A DNA stretch of 64,000 nucleotides, from positions 1,674,001-1,738,000 of the forward strand of contig MU008170.1 of NCBI GenBank assembly GCA_010909165.1. The letters are read 5' to 3'. The notes under the pieces were generated by a model, which was given only the letters and a program-made list of their open reading frames with translations, did no database searches and was not told the DNA's origin. Shown one piece after another: positions 40,192-52,785 of this stretch. Position 1 is the first letter of the stretch, and every line of letters begins with the position of its first letter. Made by a program: the position numbers and the translations under genes. This stretch comes from Anthoceros angustus (Eukaryota > Plantae > Anthocerotophyta).

Positions 40192-41925
40192 GGGAATGCA
40201 CTAGGAAGCATGGACCGTATGGGTTCATGCCTCTACGGTCTTCTTGACCCCAGGTGCACACACAAGTGCATATTCTTAAAGTCTACATTTTGCTGTAATC
40301 CCATTGTAATGCACTATAGTGAACTTTTTATATACATACTCATGTTTGATCGAGGCTAGGCTAGGCGCGAGACGCGGTCACATTCATTCGTAAGTCTACC
40401 GAAATCGAACCCCGAGGAGTAAGGAGGTCCAAATATTCGCACTTGTGCAGATGGCACTCCATGCAAAGATGGCACTTGCCCATTGGAGGGCCCAAGCCAC
40501 GGGACTAGCTCTCGTTACCTGGAAGCTATCTATAACTCCCAATCTTAGGATTCTTTACCCTGGAGCTATTTTTAAGCTATTTAAGATGTCAGTAGTCTAG
40601 AATAAGGAAGGGTATGCTTGCCACTAGACCTGAAGATGCAGCGCCTTCCTCATTCGAAGTCCTCTTGATAATCCCTTTGCGGTTGCCGAAGAAAGCCACC
40701 ACAAAACACGATTGCGGAAGAAAGCCACCACCAAGCGAAGGTGACAAAAATACAATGTTTTGGATTCTTAATTCTTTATCATATATTAAATTATATATAT
40801 TATGATTTATGTATACAAACGATTCAAGATCTCCTCCATATGGGGGGGTGTGTGTGGAGACGAAGTAAACGGGAATAAACTTAGCGTGTCTTGCGGACTC
40901 GGTGAAGAGAAATCGACGAACCCCGTTTTTTGAGTGGGATGTGATGCCCAATTATATTTATCTTGGTTTTTGTTCTTCGCTTTAACAATTAATCATAACA
41001 AAAAATACAAATAATATCTCCTTGTTGAATTGAGCCAAGAAAGGCCACAGCAAGGAGAGCATGCAAGTTCAGCCATGCACTAGGAAGCATGGACCGTATG
41101 GTTCATGCCTCTATCTTCTTGACCCAGTGCACACACAAGTGCATATTCTTAAAGTCTACATTTTCTTGTAATCCCATTGTAATGCACTATAGTGAACTTT
41201 TTATATACATACTCATGTTTGATCGAGGCTAGGCTAGGCGCGAGCACGGTCACATTCATTCGTAAGTCTACCTCGAACCCCGGGGAGTAAGGAGGTCCAA
41301 ATATTCGCACTTGTGCACGAGATGGCACTCCATGCAAAGATGGCACTTGCCCATTGGAGGGCCCAAGCCACGGGACTAGCTCTCGTTACAGGCTATCTAT
41401 AACTCCCAATCTTAGGATTCTTTACCACAGGCTATTTTTAAGCTATTTAAGATGTCGGTAGTCTAGAATAAGGAAGGGTATGCTTGCCACTAGACCTGAA
41501 GATGCAGCGCCTTCCTCATTCGAAGTCCTCTTGATAATCCCTTTGCAGGTTGCCGAAAGAAAGCCACCACAAAACACGATTGCCGGAAGAAAGCCACCAC
41601 AAAACGAAAGGTGACAAAAAATACAATGTTTCTGTGGATTCTTAATTCTTTATCATATATTAAATTATATATATTATGATTTATGTATACAAACGATTCA
41701 AGATCTCCTCCATATGGGGTGTGTGTGGAGCAGTAAGCGGAATAAACTTAGCGTGTCTTGCGGACTCGGTGAGAAATCGCGAACCCGTTTTTGAGTGGGA
41801 TGTGATGCCCAATTATATTTATCTTGGTTTTGTTCTTCGCTTTAACAATTAATCATAACAAAAAATACAAATAATATCTCCTTGTTGAATTGAGCCAAGA
41901 AAGGCCACAGCAAGGAGAGCATGCC
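40192..41925. repeat. ~880-bp direct tandem duplication (one interrupted copy in unit 2)
   Basis: gcactaggaagcatggaccgtatgg occurs at ~40198 and ~41078, and both copies end aaggccacagcaaggagagcatg. Unit 2 has one copy at ~53590-56010, split by an insertion. Confidence 0.92.
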
Positions 41926-42049
41926 GAAGTTCCAGCCCATGCAGCTACTAGTACATAATGCGGCTTTGCCCCGGAAAAACCAAATGAAAGTAGGGTTTCG
42001 CCAACTCATGATTGAAATGTACAAGCGCGGTGGCCTATGCTCCTTGCTC

Positions 42050-45000
42050 ATGCATCACAATCTGGACTGTGGAACTGTTCCGTGCCATTCACAATCATAA
42101 AAACACCATCCAAATGTGACAAACAATGCAACAAACTACACCCACACAAATACCAGGAACCGGGCCAGAACTACTTGCCGAAGGAGAAGTGGCAAACCTG
42201 AATTGCAACCAGGAAATCATCTGCGACGCCAGGAGGGAAGAAGACATCTGGAAGCTTCTTGGTTTTTCCAGCACACATCCATCACAAGATGCAGGTTTGC
42301 TTCAAAGAATCATCCAAACGGAAGTAACCAGCCAACAATCATCGACATCCTGCCATCAGCTCAATACACTCAATCTGGACATCCTACCTGGTACTGCACC
42401 AAACTCAAATACTATGCAACTTCGAAGTCAGCTGTCTAGCATTGGAAGACTCCAATTCCAATTCCCTTCTCGAAATAGTATTTTGCAATCTCTCTCTGCA
42501 GCAGCAGGCTTTCCCTTCTACAACGTCTTTCTCCCAACTAGAGTTTCTACCGTGTTCGCAGCTGGAATAGCTGCCTCCGCAGCAGCCCTGTCCGCCCGAC
42601 TCCCACAAGCATCTTTCAAAGGGGATAAGAGCCCTTGCAACCTAGTCGAACATTGTCCAACTCCGCTCTTGTCGTTTCAGTCTTGTACTCCTATCCATGC
42701 CTCATCAGAAAGACCATAAAAAAGCAAGACACTTCGCGATCTGAAAAACAAAACAGTGCCAAGGCAGTCACAGCTGTATACCTCGACGAAGATGCTACCG
42801 AATTGTATGCATCATCGTGTGCTACAGTCCTTTTAGGATTGAAAGAACCTTTTCAGTCGCTCCGTCCTTCAAGAGGACACCCCTCTCCTTCAGAAGCGTG
42901 ATCTGCTCCTCATACAACTCCTCCTCTGATCGCAATACCGCGAAAAGCACATTTTCTAGGGTGATGTTGGAACAGATGGCAAATTCCTCCTTCATTCGCT
43001 GAAGCTTCTCAAGGTTCAATTCTTGCCAAACCTTTGCAGCCTTTGTACCTTGCAGGTGGGAATCCATATGGTTCACCAAAAGCATCTGCTTCGCAGCCGG
43101 GCACACTTTCTTCTTATCAATCGTTTGGCCAAGCTCATGGTCCTTTGCACGTCTCCTTGAACATCATGCCTGAAGCAAAAATCGGCACCGTTCAAACCGC
43201 CAGCCAAAAATCCTCGTCATGCGTTATTATTGATGGTCATCCACAATCGCAGTGACTTGTGTGACTGGAAAGTGGCAGTCACACCTGTAGACTTGCATAC
43301 TTGCCGTATGTTCAGTTAGAGTGACCTTCTCGATTGTCTGTGCCAATTCACCTCCGCCACACTTGCTCAACATGGATTGCACAAGAGTGGACTTGCCCAT
43401 TCTCCTCCCCAACCACAAGAATTACTTTATAGAACTTGCGAGTTTCTCATCGCCACAAATGTCATGTATCACGGCTCGGTCCACAAACCGTAGGCGAGAC
43501 TCTTGCTTCATCCCGTCTTTACTGCGAGGTTTGATGGAATCCGTGTTCCGGGAGCTTGAGGTACGATTTCCGTTAATGCTTCAAAACATCCGAGTGGTCC
43601 GCTTATAATCGTCCTCTCCGACTCAAATCGGCATCACTACTCTCTCATTCAGCACCAACCAGACTTGAGAAAGTCTTCATCATACTTTCCCGTTTACCTC
43701 GTCCTCTAGTATAATTTGTTTCGGTTCCATCGGCCTTTGTACCTTGCGGTGGGACGCTACTAAAGTCCGGGATTGCTACCATTCCTCCACTAATCCCTTT
43801 ATCGCCACTAGTGCATGCAATTAAGTTGAAAGCTGACACTAGCTACTCATTGCACTGCGACTCTTGCGGGTCTCGGTTTACGATCAAACACGGATGCTTG
43901 AATCGACCGATTTTCATCAATCCCTCCATCATTATGTTCAAATATGTCTTCTCTATTTCTACGAAGGAGCATGTCGCCGGTGATAACGCCGGAGAGTCGA
44001 GACCTCATCCGCCTGCAAATGTCATGTATCACGGCTCGGTCCACAAACCGTAGGCGAGACTCTTGCTTCATCCCGTCTTTACTGCGAGGTTTGATGGAAT
44101 CCGTGTTCCGGAGCTTGAGGTACGATTTCCGTTAATGCTTTCAAAACATCCGAGTGGTCCGCTTATAATCGTCCTCTCCGACTCAAATCGGCATCACTAC
44201 TCTCTCATTCAGCACCAACCAGACTTGAGAAAGTCTTCATCATACTTTCCCGTTTACCTCGTCCTCTAGTATAATTTGTTTCGGTTCCATCGATTGCACC
44301 ATGAGCGGTGGGACGCTACTAAAGTCGGGATTGCTACCATTCCTCCACTAATCCCTTTATCGCCACTAGTGCATGCAATTAAGTTGAAAGCTGACACTAG
44401 CTACTCATTGCACTGCGACTCTTGCGGGTCTCGGTTTACGATCAAACACGGATGCTTGAATCGACCGATTTTCATCAATCCCTCCATCATTATGTTCAAA
44501 TATGTCTTCTCTATTTCTACGAAGGAGCATGTCGCCGGTGATAACGCCGGAGAGTCGAGACCTCATCCGCCTGCAAATGTCATGTATCACGGCTCGGTCC
44601 ACAAACCGTAGGCGAGACTCTTGCTTCATCCCGTCTTTGCGAGGTTTGATGGAATCCGTGTTCCGGGAGCTTGGAGGTACGATTTGTTGCTTTCAAAACA
44701 TCCGAGTGGTCCGCTTATAATCGTCCTCTCCGGAAATGCCGCGCTACTCATCTTCTCATTCAGCACCAACCAAGCGGCTTGAGAAAGTCTTCATCATACT
44801 TTCCGTTTACCTCGTCCTCTAGTATAATTTGTTTCGGTTCCATCGCACTGCCATGAGGCGGCGACGATTACTAAAGCTAGGGATTGCTACCATTCCTCCC
44901 CATGCTAATCACGCTTTTCGCCACTAATTCCGCAATTAAGTTGAAAGCTACCACTAGCTAGCTACGAAATTGCACTGCGACTCTTGCGGGTCTCGGTTTA

Positions 45001-46736
45001 CGATCAAACAGATGCTTGAATCGACCGATTTTCATCAATCCCTCCATCATTATGTTCAAATATGTCTTCTATTTCTACGAAGGAGCATGTCGCCGGTGAT
45101 AACTCGCGGAGAGTCGAGACCTGCCGCAAGTCATCCACGATGAGGGTTGCGGTGATTGTCGACACCTCCGCCAAACTTCGTGCAGAATTTGAAAGGGTAT
45201 TTGTGTGCGTGAGGAAGGTTGTCTTTGCGGTGGGAGGTCTAAACTGTAGCAACAACCGGCTCCCATGGTCACTGATGCAGTTGAAGCACGGTGCTCGAGG
45301 CGGGTGCAAAGGCGGTAATACGCTTCACCCACAAGGCTATCCTCATAATCTTCACCCAATGGTTTGAAGGTGTTCGGCCTTTGTTATGCCAAGCATGTAA
45401 CGATCTCCAGTTGGATTGTCTTATGCGATAATCCTTTTCGTAGCGTCCATGCCTTCTATAATTTGAAAGGCATAAATCACATGTAGCTTTGGTCGCATCT
45501 GCGATCCTTTTCACCTCTGCGTACCATTTCACAGGAGCGTCCTTAACCCTCGCCTCTCGAAACAAGAGCTCAGATGTTCTCCCGTCACACGGACACAATA
45601 ATCTTCTTGATGCACCCGCAGTCGACAACCCAAGCATCTTAGGCGGTCCGAGTTCAACTAGAGGTGGATCAACATGACCGGGATCGGGGGCCAACTACGG
45701 TTGGTTGCCGCTGGACCACTTGAGGATTTTCACCAAGTAGCCGCCATTTTGTGAGACTTTATGTGCGCTCTGTGATTTCGCCTGCGGCTCCTCCCGGCTC
45801 CGGGCCGATGCTATGGTAGAAATTATCGGACTTCTCCACGCCCATGGGAACATACCATGCGTTACCGTTGTGTGAAGTCTGCATCAAGCTTCCTCCAAGC
45901 GTGCAACTAGTTTGGTGATGTAGCTTGCGGCCTTGAACAACATCTCTTGGCGAAATCCTCGCCCACCCAATCACAGGAGATCGGCGGCCCGTCCAGAGCA
46001 GTATTTCAAACTTTCCTTCACGTCACTGTAAAAGATCATCGAATTTCGGGGGCCTCACTTGATCGAGAATGGCCTTCTTCACTCACACCAGTCTTGTGGC
46101 ATTGCGAACCGATCAGGCGGTTGTTGAAGACTCTGGGAGCAGGTCCCCTGTGTCACAATGTTGAAGAGCCTTTCCTCGATGCCATTCTTTCTCGGTAGTC
46201 CCTTGCGGCTCCGTCGCCAATGTGGGGAGCCCCAAACCCGATTGCGATAGCCCGAACTTGTCTAGTATCCGGTGTCCGGAGAAAAGTGGCCACCGTGTAC
46301 TTGATAAGAACGGATCTTACGCGCCTCCCAAGCTGCGAACACCACTTTTGTGGGGCCAGTAGCGTGGGTGTTCGGACTCAAGAGGTCGTGGAGGAGCAAG
46401 CGGCAGCATCGGTAAGAGCCGAAGCCTCGATGGAAGAGGCCATCTACGGACCGTCCACGCACGAGCTCATTGTTGTTCGTCGCTCCGTCGCGCCCCACGG
46501 TGTCGATCGGGACGTCTGTGCGCTCTTGGTGCCCGGAAGCGGATGTAGAGTGTGCCATCCACATCACACACCATCTTCGTACCCTCCTCGGCCGCCGTGG
46601 TGTGGGCGAACTCAGTGGTCCTGGGACCGGCACCTCACTTTGAAGTTGAGCTTGGTCATGGAAGTGAGCGGTGAGAAAGGCTCGCTCTCGACCCCAGCCA
46701 GTGGAAGCTTCACGCATTGCCCTCGGCCGTCGCCAT
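42050..46736 (-). CDS. Class-3 lipase + P-loop GTPase fusion gene, copy 1; frame-disrupted in this sequence, with an internal ~559-bp triplication; true stop uncertain
   Basis: Across frameshifts: FHRGF, KVVF..S LGG, AIAIGFGAPHIGD (46213-46239), YVPMG, SHKM, VILVVG...GKSTLVQSML (43385-43430) and MLLVNHMD. No introns were recognised. Confidence 0.75.
43461..45100. repeat. ~559-bp segment in 3 tandem copies inside lipase-GTPase copy 1
   Basis: gtcatgtatcacggctcggtccacaaaccgtag occurs at 43461, 44021 and 44579. Unit 2 has a single copy at 57501. Confidence 0.95.
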
Positions 46737-46959
46737 GGGCCAACAATGTCCTTCACTCTGTCACCTCAAGCTGTTAGGAAAGAGGTGAGACTTTATAAAG
46801 AGATGAGACTTTCTGAGGAGGCAGGAACACTCCCATACACTACGAGTAGGGCTTGATGTAGTCCTAGCCTTGAACCCCATCGATCAACACGCAAAACCAC
46901 TTGCACACACCGCATCCCACGAATTGGTGGGCTTGGCCTTATATAGTCCTAGCCTTGGA

Positions 46960-47650
46960 TCCTACTGGTCACTTGACCTTGAATCCTATTGGTTACTTGA
47001 CCTGGAGTCCTATTGGTTACTTGACCTTGAGTTCTAACGGTTACTTGACCTTGAGTCCTATTGGTCACTTGACCTTGAATCCTCCTAGTAACTTCACTTG
47101 CCCTTTACTTTTGGACTTTCTAGAAGATACATTTTAGACTTTCTAAAGATTCTGTAGAAGATTCTGACTTTCAAGTTTGTTATTTTTAGTGACTGTGGAC
47201 GGGGTTGTTAATTTTAGTGACTGTGGACCCCCGGGGTCCGTCGACTTGTGGACTTTCTACAAGATACTTTGTTGGACTTTTTAAAACGTACTTTGTAGAA
47301 GATGCGTGACTTTCAAGTTTGTTATTTTTAGTGATTGTGGACGGGGTGCATTGACTTTTGGACTTTCTAGAACATACTTTTTTGGACCTTCTAAAAGATT
47401 CTTTGTAGAAGATGCGTGACTTTCAAGTTTGTTATTTTTAGTGATTGTGGACGAGGTCCATTGACTTTTGGACTTTCTAGAACATACTTTTTGGACCTTC
47501 TAAAGATTCTTTGTAGAAGATGCGTGACTTTCAAGTTTGTTATTTTTAGAGCACTTTGACTTTCAAGTTTGTTATTTTTAGGGCACTCTTCATAACCTGT
47601 TTTAGAGCACTCTTCACAACCTATTTTTAGGCACTCTTCAAATGCTACAA
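46960..47650. repeat. Compound minisatellite upstream of the lipase-GTPase gene: 24-bp unit about 6 times, then ~105-bp unit about 5 times
   Basis: cttgaccttgaatcctattggtta repeats, then gacttttggactttctagaacatactttttggaccttctaaaagattctttgtagaagatgcgtgactttcaagtttgttatttttag repeats. Confidence 0.9.
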
Positions 47651-48950
47651 TCCAAATCGAAGGAGATCTTATGTGAAATGAAGAAAAACAAATGGCAGTT
47701 GCTTTGAGCGCGCTCGCGTATGAACCGTGATTGTGGACGGGGTCCATCGATGGTGGTATGTACGTCCTTGGTAGGACCCTCTGCCTTCCGGGACCCTCTT
47801 CCTATCTTCTGCTTCATGTTGATGACAAGGGCTAATTTCTCTAAAGAATGCCTCTGTTTTGGAGGAGATTGAAGACCCTCCTTCCTCCTTGGCTTGGTTG
47901 CAGGAGAGTGTCGTGATTGGTGCTCTCGTTTTCCAGGGTTTGTGTGTGGATCCCACGCTCATGTGCTCGGAAAGCCGTGCCAGTCACTCGGACCCGCTCC
48001 TTGTGTACGAAATACATCCACGACTGGCATCTTCAGAGAATCGTTCAAACGGCACGTGAATTCAGTTGCAACGAGTTTAGATTGGAAGCAAACTCTAAAC
48101 TGATGAAAGAAATACATAGGGGCTTAACCGTGGGCTCCGAAATTGTTGATTTAAGGATGCTGTGAGGGCCTTGTTATCGAAGCTGAGCAATGGACAATTC
48201 TACTCCACTTGAGGCCAAATACATTCAGACCCCAAAGAAAGGCAAAACGCAGACAACCACAATCATGTTCACACTGTCGTCATATCAGAGCATCCGGGAC
48301 AAGTGTAAGAAGTGATCCGGAAGAAGTGACCAGTTCCAGACAGAACCTATGGGAGTCTGGGAACGTCAGAATGTGACCTGAAATAGCTCGTCTTCCAAAT
48401 GGCATGGAATGCTGTCAAGAACGTTCTTCTCTGCAGTTTAAAATTCCCTGCTGCGACGTAGTTGTGGAAATTTGTGGAAACTCACGCCTTCGAGAACCTG
48501 GATGTGACAAGTTAGTTGGCGAGCATCCTGGAAAGATTGAAATAGAGAAGGAAATTACTTATGGACGAAGGGAAGTTCATGTGCAAATGAAGCAGTGAGC
48601 GCAAAACGAGACCCACCTGGATGAGTGCGGGAACAGGGGCAGCAGTTTCAGGCCCCTGCAGGACATTCATTTCACATCCAGTTCATGCACCCTTTCCAGT
48701 CCTCTGCTGACATCAACCGCTTGGTCCCTGGAAACCATCTCTGCATGGAAAGGGAAAATGTGACTGTCAACTCTTCTCGTGTCGTTCTTCGTAAATCAAG
48801 TAGCCATGCACCATCATCGCCATACTGGTCCTTCACGTGCCTTGTTGAGCTTTAGAGAGGGCAAGTGCTACAGGTGTACAGTTGTATCCTCGCGCTCGAC
48901 ATCTAGGATCGATGAATGCCTTGTATCAGATGGAATACGAAGATTTCTTT

Positions 48951-50354
48951 CCTTGAATATCGCGTCGTATTTTACGAGGGAGTGAAGGTTGTGTTCTCAA
49001 CCGCACCTTTGTAACATGCTATGGTCTCAACGTTGTCTGTAGCATGCCAAAGATTACTTAATGCTGGTAGGGCCACATCAAGGGAAAACGATATCCCCAG
49101 GTATGCAAAGCATTGACTAAAGAAGCTCTTACCTCAGACGGGAAACTTTTAGCAAAAGACACAGAAACCATTCCGTGCTGATCAGCGAGGTGTCAAAGCC
49201 AATATGATCAAAATGGGCTGCCAGCCTGTGAAAGCCACCAAGACTTCTGTGAGACACGAACTTGGAGGTGCTAACTCTAAGGTCGCGTACAAACATGTGG
49301 AGTTAGACGACGCACCGTGGACATTTTTTCACAAAAACTTCGTTGAAGACACGCTGCTGGACGTGACACCCTGTCAGGTTCTCCGGTAACAATCACTGAA
49401 CAGAACACTTTCCAGCAATGCGGCGAGCATCCAGAAGGCCTGTTCCTCGGTTTTCATCACAAGGAGCAACAGTGCTGCCACATAGTTCATTCCCTGAATA
49501 GAGTAAGCAGGCTCGGCGTTATATTCCATCCATTCCCCCAAAACCTTAACAGGACCTCGGATTCGCACGAGTTAAAGCTTTTGATACACAGGAAAGGCAC
49601 TACTACCTGGCAATAACCAATATCAGAATCTCGAAATGAGTAGGCAACGAGGACCCGACGCAATGTAGCCCTTCCTTCCTCGCTGTTCACCCAAGGATGA
49701 GATAGAAATGTCCTGGATAGATCCTACAGGACGTCACACCCGGTAAGATGTTGCCTTGCCTCAGGAGGCCTTCAAGTTAAGCAAGTTGGCAGATGGGGCC
49801 ACCACGTCTACAGACATCTCCTGCTTTGGAACGAGCTCAAATGGGAAACTTACCCGGTCAATCTGGTGTGTCGCAGGGGTTTGCCTATCAACCACAGCTT
49901 CAGTGAGGTCCTGGTAGTAACTATCGGGCACTGTGGATCGCTTCTTGGCAGCCCCAGACAAAGCCTGCCAAACTCGAGGTCTCAGAGACGGAGGGATGCC
50001 TTTCCAAATCAGCTTCTTCAGCTGGACAGACCTTGTTAGGTTGGATATGGAGAGATGACACAAGGTTGCCCTGCTCAGAATGAGCCGAAATTTCCGGCTG
50101 CAGATACCATCCTGCACCCTTGTTTGCCTCCATAGCCCACCACACCCGACCCTGCTCGGCAACCCTCTCCTTCACGAGATTGAAAACCACAGCATCTTCA
50201 GCTGACAGCTCGAGACAGAATCCATACATATCTACAACTTTAACGGTGATGTTCTTCCGTGTGTGAGTCAATCCTCTGCTCTCCACTCAGGTTTCCCAGG
50301 ATAACCTCGAACCAGGGCATCCTGAGAACCTCCCAAACGCTCAAAGCCGAACAT
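48951..50354 (-). pseudogene. 3'-truncated TBC RabGAP copy 2 (last two exons missing, penultimate retained exon disrupted by a micro-inversion)
   Basis: Same exons as 35650-37045 with substitutions and indels. Homology to copy 1 stops at ccttgaatatcgc. Confidence 0.88.
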
Positions 50355-51944
50355 ATTCGTGGCTGTTCCACGGGATGACGCTAGGGTTGCTGTAGGACTT
50401 CCCCAAATAAATTTAGCCGCTCTTGGCTCTTCCGAATCCTCCCACCAGCGGCTCGCGTGCACGTTTTGAGACTCGCATGTCGTCTGAAGAACCCCAACTG
50501 TCTGTCTGCGCTCAGTAGACCTCGGTTACACTCCTGCTCCGATTCTCATATGTTAGATAAATATTTCGGTTACACTCCTGGTCTGATTCGCTGCTAGTAT
50601 GATCCTCATGTGCTGGACATATTTCAGTCACATTGCACGCTTCATCCCGCACTCATGCAGCTTTCAAATGACCAAGCCTCGGCAGCAAAACCACCTGACA
50701 AACATACCACAAAATCCATCAAAGAGCCGTTCCCATCCACTATCCTCACCACTACAGCAATCCTGGAAAGGCAGAACTGGCAAATCACTTCACCAAGCCA
50801 GAATGCCAGCGATTCCCCTCCTGAACGGGACGAGAGGTTGCAAATGAGTCGAACCGCAAACGTACGGGTTGCCAAATTCCGACCACAGCTCGGAAGGCTG
50901 ATTTCCGGCACTCTTGCGCATCAATGATCAACAGACCTAAAGGCACTCGAAAACACTCTAACCACGAATCACAGCAAGCGCAATGTCTGCTACGCCGCAG
51001 AGCAAGCGCTCCCGTTCGGCATCACACAACCCCAGCAGAACACATGATGCGCCAGTTCAAATTCCGAACGAAGTAAGCCAGAAAGAAAACACGGAAACCG
51101 TACAATGCCATTCGAAAAACATGCAGCCACTCCAAAAACAGGACAGCAAGCTTGAGTCACAGCTACCGGCAAGCACAATCCACTTCAACAAAACTCACCA
51201 GGCACAGATCGGGCACAGCGCATCCGTCCTCAAGCACACGGTCACCCCCCCGCTCCTGGAAATCGCAGCTAGCCCTGACCGAGATCCGCTCCCACGGCTC
51301 CAACGGTCTCCGTCTTCACCAAACCGGCAGCAGCGCAGGAAACAGGAACAAGCAGCGCAGCGGGGGCAACAGAACCCGGCGTCTGAGAGCGGAAGCTGGC
51401 GGAAGGGCCGGGCATAACCGACAAACAAAGCAAAGCGCCACCGATCCACGGCCCAGCCAGCCACCTTGCGGGAGCGCGCATCAAGCCCGAGGCTCAAAAT
51501 CGCAGATTTTCCCCGCCCGCTGCACAAGCAAAAGCAGCAGGCGGCATTGCACCAACCAGCTGCGGGCGCGTGGGGTTTGCGACAGAGGAGGAGGCGGAGA
51601 AGCAACAGCAGAAGCAGCAGTCGTAGCAGATGTGAAGACATAGAGCATGTGGAGGCGCTAACAGAGATGTGGGGCATGTGGAGGCGCTAACAGAGATGTG
51701 GGGCGTTGCCTTCGCACAAGCTGTTACGGCCCGACGACCACGTGCCAGAATAACTTGGCACTTAGCCTTGCCAACTGGAACGAGGCTACCTGGAAGAAGA
51801 AGTCGCACGACCGTCGGCGCCGCGTTAGAGAATCCCACTGGGGAGTGTGTCACCGGCTGCCTCAGCCCACAGCGAAATAGAAAAAAAGGCCGCAAGTCTC
51901 CCGGTCGTGAGGGAAATGGCCCAGTGTACACAAGGGGAATGTGG

Positions 51945-52785
51945 AGACTTTATAAAAGGAACGAGATGGGAAATCCCATGTACCCGGAGGCGAAAAAAAG
52001 GGACAACCACGACGGGGCACCAGGTTAGGGGCGTGCCCCGCACTAATCTACCCTATAACCCCCAATCGTCCCCAAGATGTTGCCGTTCGAGATAGGGAAG
52101 GGCCTACTTATCATTGGTGCCACATCTCTAGCACTCGTGATCATCCTAAAGATTGCGCTGGCCAACACCCTTTGTAGGGAATGGAAACCCGTTGCCTGAA
52201 ATATGCCACAACACTGGAAAGGGGGAGGCCAACCCCGCCCCTATCGTTGTGGTAGGCCCTTGCGCACTCCTTGATAAAACGAGAAAAAACCTTACCTAAG
52301 GCCCCATGGGTTTCAATGGCAAGGGGGATGAAAATGCGACCTTGTTGCATGGGCCTGTACTTGTAAATTTTCCTAGTTGCCCTTGGCCAACACGGAGGTT
52401 GATGATGACATGTCGCTTCGGAATTGGTTGGGTCGGTGACAACCACGTGCGCAACATCATCCCAGCGCCAAGAAAAAGGTCGCTTTGATAGAGGCCATTG
52501 AGCGGAGAGACGCCATTGAGCGAGCTTTGATAGACGCCATTGAGCTTTGATAGAGGCGCCATTGAGCAGCTTTGATAGAGCGCATTGACGCGCTCCTTGA
52601 AAGGGAAGAAACCGCTCTCCTTGGCCATCGAGGACATGGCGTCTTGAGCAGGCGTAGGATACCGCGAAACTTCATCGCGGTGAAAAGAAGTGATGCGATT
52701 GAATGCCGGGCAGGCGGCCAGACCTAGGAACACACACCCTTCCTAAGCAAGGCGGCGAGATCCGTAGGACGAGGAATAGACACGA
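51945..52785 (-). mobile_element. Unit-2 copy of the 5'-truncated CRE fragment, with a new ~20-bp tandem expansion at ~52485-52580
   Basis: FIPLAIETHGALGKVFSRFIKECARAYH...RQRVSI is readable; ctttgatagaggccattgag-like units are repeated. Confidence 0.85.

Larger units (their letters stand above)
35647..48950. repeat. Unit 1 (13,304 bp) of a tandem segmental amplification
   Basis: The anchor ccttgaatatcgc occurs at 35647, 48951 and 61886. Feature order and sequence are colinear between units. Confidence 0.95.
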
